A stretch of 64,000 bases of DNA from Acidobacteriota bacterium (lineage in GTDB: Bacteria; Acidobacteriota; Terriglobia; Terriglobales; SCQP01): NCBI GenBank assembly GCA_027315185.1, contig DAHUYO010000002.1, positions 23,800 through 87,799 on the forward strand, read 5' to 3'. Positions 60,255 through 64,000 of this stretch are shown here, piece by piece. How positions within the stretch are numbered: the stretch's first letter is position 1; each line of letters begins with the position of its first letter. The translations under genes and the position numbers were made by a program. The notes beneath the pieces are model-generated. The model did no database searches. It saw nothing but the letters and a program-made list of their open reading frames with translations, and was not told where the DNA came from.

Positions 60255-61718
60255 ATGCCGGCGCCCTCCCAATGCGACACCTTGATCCGTCATGCCCAGG
60301 TCATCAATGGCGCCGACCTCAAAACGACCATAGCAGATGTCGCCATTCGCGGCGAACGCATCGTCGCCGTGGGCCCGGCGCTGGCAATCCAAGCCGAAAC
60401 CTCCATCGCGGCGGATGGTCTGACCCTCGCTCCCGGCTTCATAGACACCCACACGCATGACGACACCAGCGTCATAGAAGCCCCGGAAATGCTGCCTAAG
60501 ATCTCGCAGGGAGTCACCACCGTCATCGTCGGCAACTGCGGCATCTCGGCCTCGCCCGTCACCCTGCGCGGCGCACCGCCCGATCCCATGAATCTTCTCG
60601 GCGGCGCATCCCTCTTTCGGTATCCGCGCTTCTCCGGCTACGTCGCCGCCGTCAACCGCGCCCAACCCGCTGTCAACGTCGCCGCGCTCATCGGCCACAC
60701 CGCGCTCCGCGCCAATCACCTGGACCGCCTCGACCGCCCCGCCGTTCCCGACGAAATCGCCGCCATGCGCGCCCAGTTGCGGGAGGCCCTGGACCACGGC
60801 GCGCTCGGCCTTAGCACCGGCCTCGCCTATGCCAACGCCCGCGCCGCCACGGCGCGGGAAGTTCTCGCGCTCCTGCGGCCCGTCGCCGCCGCCGGCGGCA
60901 TCTACGCCACCCATCTGCGCAGCGAAGCCCATGCCGTCCTCGATGCGCTGCGGGAGGCCTGCGATCTCGGCCGCACCGCCAACGTGCCCGTCGTCATCTC
61001 CCACCTCAAGTGCGCCGGCATGGACAACTGGGGGCGCGCCGAGGAGGTCCTCGCGTTTCTCGGCCAGGCGCGCTCCGGCCAGCCCATCGGCTGGGATTGC
61101 TACCCGTACGCGGCCAGCTCCAGCACTCTCGACGTGGGGCAAGTGGACGAGCGAATCGGCATCACCATTACCTGGAGCGAACCGCACCCCGAGGTCGCCG
61201 GCCGCACGCTGGCGCAAATCGCGGAACGGTGGAACCTTCCGCAGATGGACGCCGCGCGCCAACTCCAGCCCGCCGGCGCCATTTATCACAATATGTCGGA
61301 GCAAGACATGCGCCGCATCCTCCGGCACGCCGCGGCCATGATCGGCTCCGACGGCCTCCCCCACGATCCTCGCCCCCATCCCCGCCTTTGGGGCGCCTTC
61401 CCCAGGGTGCTCGGCCGCTACTGCCGCCAGGAAAAGCTGTTTTCCCTTCCCCAAGCCATCCGCAAAATGACATGGCTGCCCGCGCGGCGATTCGGCCTCA
61501 CCGACCGGGGCGCCATTCGCGCCGGATATTTCGCCGATCTCGTCCTCTTCGATGCGGACCGCATCTTGGACGCCGCCACCTTCACCCGCTCCCAGCAGCC
61601 CGCGCGGGGAATCAAGGCGGTATGGGTCAACGGCGTGCAAACCTATGGCAGGGGCGGAATGACCGGCCAGCGCCGCGGCCGGTTTCTGCCGCGGGCGCCA
61701 ATCCAATGGATTCCGTAG
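60255..61718 (+). CDS. N-acyl-D-amino-acid deacylase (D-aminoacylase) family amidohydrolase
   Basis: DTLIRHAQVINGADL...DVAIRGERIVAVG, GFIDTHTHDD, ISHLKCAG and VWVNGV. Start ATG 60255. Confidence 0.88.
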   Translation: MPAPSQCDTLIRHAQVINGADLKTTIADVAIRGERIVAVGPALAIQAETSIAADGLTLAPGFIDTHTHDDTSVIEAPEMLPKISQGVTTVIVGNCGISASPVTLRGAPPDPMNLLGGASLFRYPRFSGYVAAVNRAQPAVNVAALIGHTALRANHLDRLDRPAVPDEIAAMRAQLREALDHGALGLSTGLAYANARAATAREVLALLRPVAAAGGIYATHLRSEAHAVLDALREACDLGRTANVPVVISHLKCAGMDNWGRAEEVLAFLGQARSGQPIGWDCYPYAASSSTLDVGQVDERIGITITWSEPHPEVAGRTLAQIAERWNLPQMDAARQLQPAGAIYHNMSEQDMRRILRHAAAMIGSDGLPHDPRPHPRLWGAFPRVLGRYCRQEKLFSLPQAIRKMTWLPARRFGLTDRGAIRAGYFADLVLFDADRILDAATFTRSQQPARGIKAVWVNGVQTYGRGGMTGQRRGRFLPRAPIQWIP

Positions 61719-61767
61719 CCGGATGACGGTGCGCAAAACCAATCGCGGCACGAAAGGAAGGTCGGCA

Positions 61768-62160
61768 TTGAGTCTCAAGCGATACGGCGTTGCAGGCGGC
61801 AAGGGCGCGGGAGGTCAGCATCTTCCTTTCGCGCGGGCGGTGGAAGCGGATGGTTGGCTGCACGTCTCTGGCCAGGTGCCGATGGTGAACGGTGAACTGG
61901 TCACGGGCAGCATCACGGTCCAGGCGCGCCAGGCCATTCAGAATCTGGTCGCCATCCTCAATGAGGCTGGATATGGCCCGGAGCACGTGGTCCGCTGCGG
62001 CGTCTGGCTGCATGATCCGCGCGACTTCCCCGCGTTCAACGCTGTCTTTCGCGAATTCTTCGGCGAACATCCGCCCGCGCGCGCCTGCGTCGTCTCCAGC
62101 ATGGTGGTGGACTGCAAGGTGGAAATAGACTGCGTCGCCTACAAAAGCCCCCGGGCCTGA
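61768..62160 (+). CDS. RidA family protein (YjgF/enamine-imine deaminase)
   Basis: PFARAVEADGWLHVSGQVP..., QARQAIQNLVAILNEAG, FNAVFREFFGEHPPARACV and VEIDCVAY. TTG 61768 has a GAAAGGAAGG RBS. The in-frame ATG 61723 has none. Confidence 0.88.
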   Translation: MSLKRYGVAGGKGAGGQHLPFARAVEADGWLHVSGQVPMVNGELVTGSITVQARQAIQNLVAILNEAGYGPEHVVRCGVWLHDPRDFPAFNAVFREFFGEHPPARACVVSSMVVDCKVEIDCVAYKSPRA

Positions 62161-62290
62161 TTCGGCGCGCCGAGCCTATTGGATAGGCGCGGGCCCCGCG
62201 CCGCTGGCGGCGAGTTTCTCGGCCCTCCCGCGCCTGCTCTGCTCCCCGGGCAAAAGGCGCGGCCCCCGCGACCAGGTTCACACTCGTTCT

Positions 62291-63439
62291 TTGGCCATGG
62301 AAACCAATTCAGCGAACCGCCCCGTCTTCGCCTACCTCGGCGCCTACACCGGCGCCTACACCGGCGGCAACGCGAATGGCAGCGAGGGCATTTACCAGTT
62401 TGAGCTAAACCCGCGCACGGGCGAGCTTTCCAACCGTCGGCTCGCCGCCCGAACGCCCAACCCGTCGTGGCTGACCCTGCATCCCTCCCGGCGCTTTCTC
62501 TACGCCGTCAACGAAGTCGAAAACTATGCCGGCGGCGGCTCGGTCAGCACCTTCGCCGTGGACCGCGCCACCGGAAACCTGCGCCTGCTCAACACCGTCC
62601 CTTCCGGCGGTTCGGGACCCGCGCACATCAGCCTGGACGCCGCCGGCCAATGGGCCTTGGTCGCCAACTACATCGGCGGCGCCATCGCCGTGCTCCCCGT
62701 CCATGCCGACGGCTCGCTCGGCAACGCAGTCTGCGTGCGCCATGGCGTTGGCGCCACAGCCGCCACGCACGCAGCTGGCGCAGGTGCCGAAAGCGCCGCC
62801 GGCGGGTGCGATGCTGCCTCCCACGCGCACATGATCCAGGCCAACCTCGACAATCGCTTCGTCATCGCCACCGACCTCGGCCAGGATCGCATCTACAGTT
62901 TTCAGTTGCATCCCGCCACGGGGCAACTCACGCCCGTGCCCGCGCAGCCTTTTGTCTCCCTGCCGGCCGGTGCCGGCCCGCGCCATTTCGTCTTTCATCC
63001 CAACCGGCGCTGGTTTTACTGCTTGCAGGAGGCGGCGTCCACAGTTGCTTTCTTCCTCTACGACTCCTCGCAGGGAACGCTGCATCTCCGGCAAACCATC
63101 TCCGCACTGCCGCCCGGAACCACTGGCGCCAACTTCTCGTCGCACGTTGCGCTCGGCCCTTCCGGCCACGTGCTCTATGCCGCCAATCGGCTGCATGACG
63201 CGATTTCCGTTTTCACCGTCGGCGCCGATGGCGAACTTGCCTTCGTCGGCGAAAGCCCCACCATGGGCGGCTACCCGCGCAGCTTTGCCATCGAACCCGG
63301 CGGCAGGTTCCTGTTTGCCTGCAACCAACACACGGACAACATCACCTGCTTCCACATCGGCCCTGACGATGGCCTGCTCCATTTCACCGGCCATGCCATT
63401 CCGGTGCCCGCGCCAGCCTGCCTGCTCTTCCTCGCATAG
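62291..63439 (+). CDS. lactonase family protein (7-bladed beta-propeller, 6-phosphogluconolactonase-like)
   Basis: NPSWLTLHPSRRFLYAVNE, GSGPAHISLDAAGQWALVANY, GAGPRHFVFHPNRRWFY and YPRSFAIEPGGRFLFACNQ. Confidence 0.85.
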   Translation: MAMETNSANRPVFAYLGAYTGAYTGGNANGSEGIYQFELNPRTGELSNRRLAARTPNPSWLTLHPSRRFLYAVNEVENYAGGGSVSTFAVDRATGNLRLLNTVPSGGSGPAHISLDAAGQWALVANYIGGAIAVLPVHADGSLGNAVCVRHGVGATAATHAAGAGAESAAGGCDAASHAHMIQANLDNRFVIATDLGQDRIYSFQLHPATGQLTPVPAQPFVSLPAGAGPRHFVFHPNRRWFYCLQEAASTVAFFLYDSSQGTLHLRQTISALPPGTTGANFSSHVALGPSGHVLYAANRLHDAISVFTVGADGELAFVGESPTMGGYPRSFAIEPGGRFLFACNQHTDNITCFHIGPDDGLLHFTGHAIPVPAPACLLFLA

Positions 63440-63489
63440 CGCACCCGGGCGCCGCGCCCCGACAAACCGCAGTAGGTCACTCCGCCCGG

Positions 63490-63700
63490 CTGTCACTCCC
63501 CGCCGCCCGGGAGGGCGACGGTACGCAGGGCGGGAGCCCTACCCCACGCTTCCGCGCAAAGGTCCCCGGCACGCGAGACGTTCCCGCCGCGCGTAACGTG
63601 GGGTATGCCTCCGGTTTGCGTGCGGTCGCGCTGCATGCGGCCGGGCGCGTGGAACAGGCTTCAGCCTGTGTGCTGCGGGCTTTAGCCCGCAGGCGCGCAC
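63490..63700 (-). repeat. composite long intergenic repeat (inverted copy of the 18.3-kb unit)
   Basis: Contains cgccgcccgggagggcgacggtacgcagggcgggagccctaccccacg, gtggggtatgcctccggtttgcgtgcggtcgcg and acaggcttcagcctgtgtgctgcgggctttagcccgcagg. Confidence 0.75.
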
Positions 63701-63707
63701 AACGGGC

Positions 63708-63760
63708 AATGACGGGCGCGGGCCAAAGCCCAGCCGTCGGCGGGGCGTCCCGCTGACAAG
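63708..63760 (+). repeat. family A palindromic element
   Basis: aatgacgggcgcGGGCCAAAGCCCAGCCGTCGGCGGGGCGTCCCGCtgacaagg. Confidence 0.75.
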
Positions 63761-63857
63761 GAAAGCAGCCCGCAACAGCGGGTTCGTGGGACGGCCAGCC
63801 TCGGCCGCCGGAGCTGGCCTCCCCCGCCAACCCGAGCCAATTCGCGCCGACCGCGGC

Positions 63858-64000
63858 CTACCGCCGCGAATGCGCCTTCAGCGCCGCCCGCGCCTCGCGT
63901 TCGGCTTCGCGCCGCCGTACGGTCTCCCGCTTATCGAAGAGCTGCTTGCCGCGGGCCAAGCCCAGTTCGACCTTCACCCGGCCGTTCTTGAAATACAGCC
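63858..64000 (-). CDS. smpB: SsrA-binding protein, C-terminal part only (runs off right edge)
   Basis: The complement reads ...[46 protein letters not shown], the conserved SmpB C-terminus. Stop at 63858-63860. Confidence 0.85.
   Translation of the reverse strand, partial: LYFKNGRVKVELGLARGKQLFDKRETVRRREAEREARAALKAHSRR

Noticed and set aside
59826-61802. 658-aa minus-strand ORF
   Set aside because: It is antisense to the D-aminoacylase and overlaps the deaminase-like gene in another frame. It has no motifs and shadow-ORF composition.

Overview
This is a very GC-rich bacterial chromosomal window, by eye at least two-thirds G+C. I call about 50 protein-coding genes. I saw no rRNA, tRNA, CRISPR array, transposase or integrase. 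The gene content points to Acidobacteriota: three ADOP/MacB-like orphan permeases, a VWFA protein of the acidobacterial type, a TonB-dependent receptor with a CarboxypepD_reg-like N-terminus, and a DUF4382 lipoprotein. Recognisable core genes include uvrA, deoB, a partial smpB, an MscS-family channel, a POT transporter, an isoaspartyl peptidase, an S9 peptidase, an OprB-type porin, two D-aminoacylases with a D-amino-acid deaminase-like enzyme and RidA, a PIG-L deacetylase and a lactonase.

Accessory content:
1. The most unusual locus lies on the minus strand at 37.3-43.8 kb. A large secreted Ig-like protein has a Cys-rich C-terminal tip and is followed by a small secreted partner gene. Downstream are two promoterless orphan tip cassettes, each with its own partner. 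The copies are joined by a 322-bp direct repeat (6 mismatches) and a 49-bp repeat. The architecture resembles Rhs/CDI main-plus-orphan arrays, but I recognised no known toxin-delivery domain. The signal peptide of the main gene is separated from the body by a frame change at a G7 tract.
2. A tight four-gene minus-strand operon at the left edge (1-2129) includes a protein with a HEPN-like RNxxGxGH motif and one frameshifted gene.
3. A lower-GC AbiL-like pair (COG1106-type ATPase plus RloB/TOPRIM) sits at 47.3-49.2 kb.
4. A VapBC toxin-antitoxin pair sits at 25.3-26.0 kb.

Intergenic DNA is saturated with several families of GC-rich palindromic repeats. At least 10 good copies of one roughly 45-nt hairpin element are present. 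Some copies intrude into ORF 5' ends, and one lies inside the porin gene. Many long ORFs in the six-frame track are antisense shadow ORFs typical of high-GC DNA, and I rejected them.
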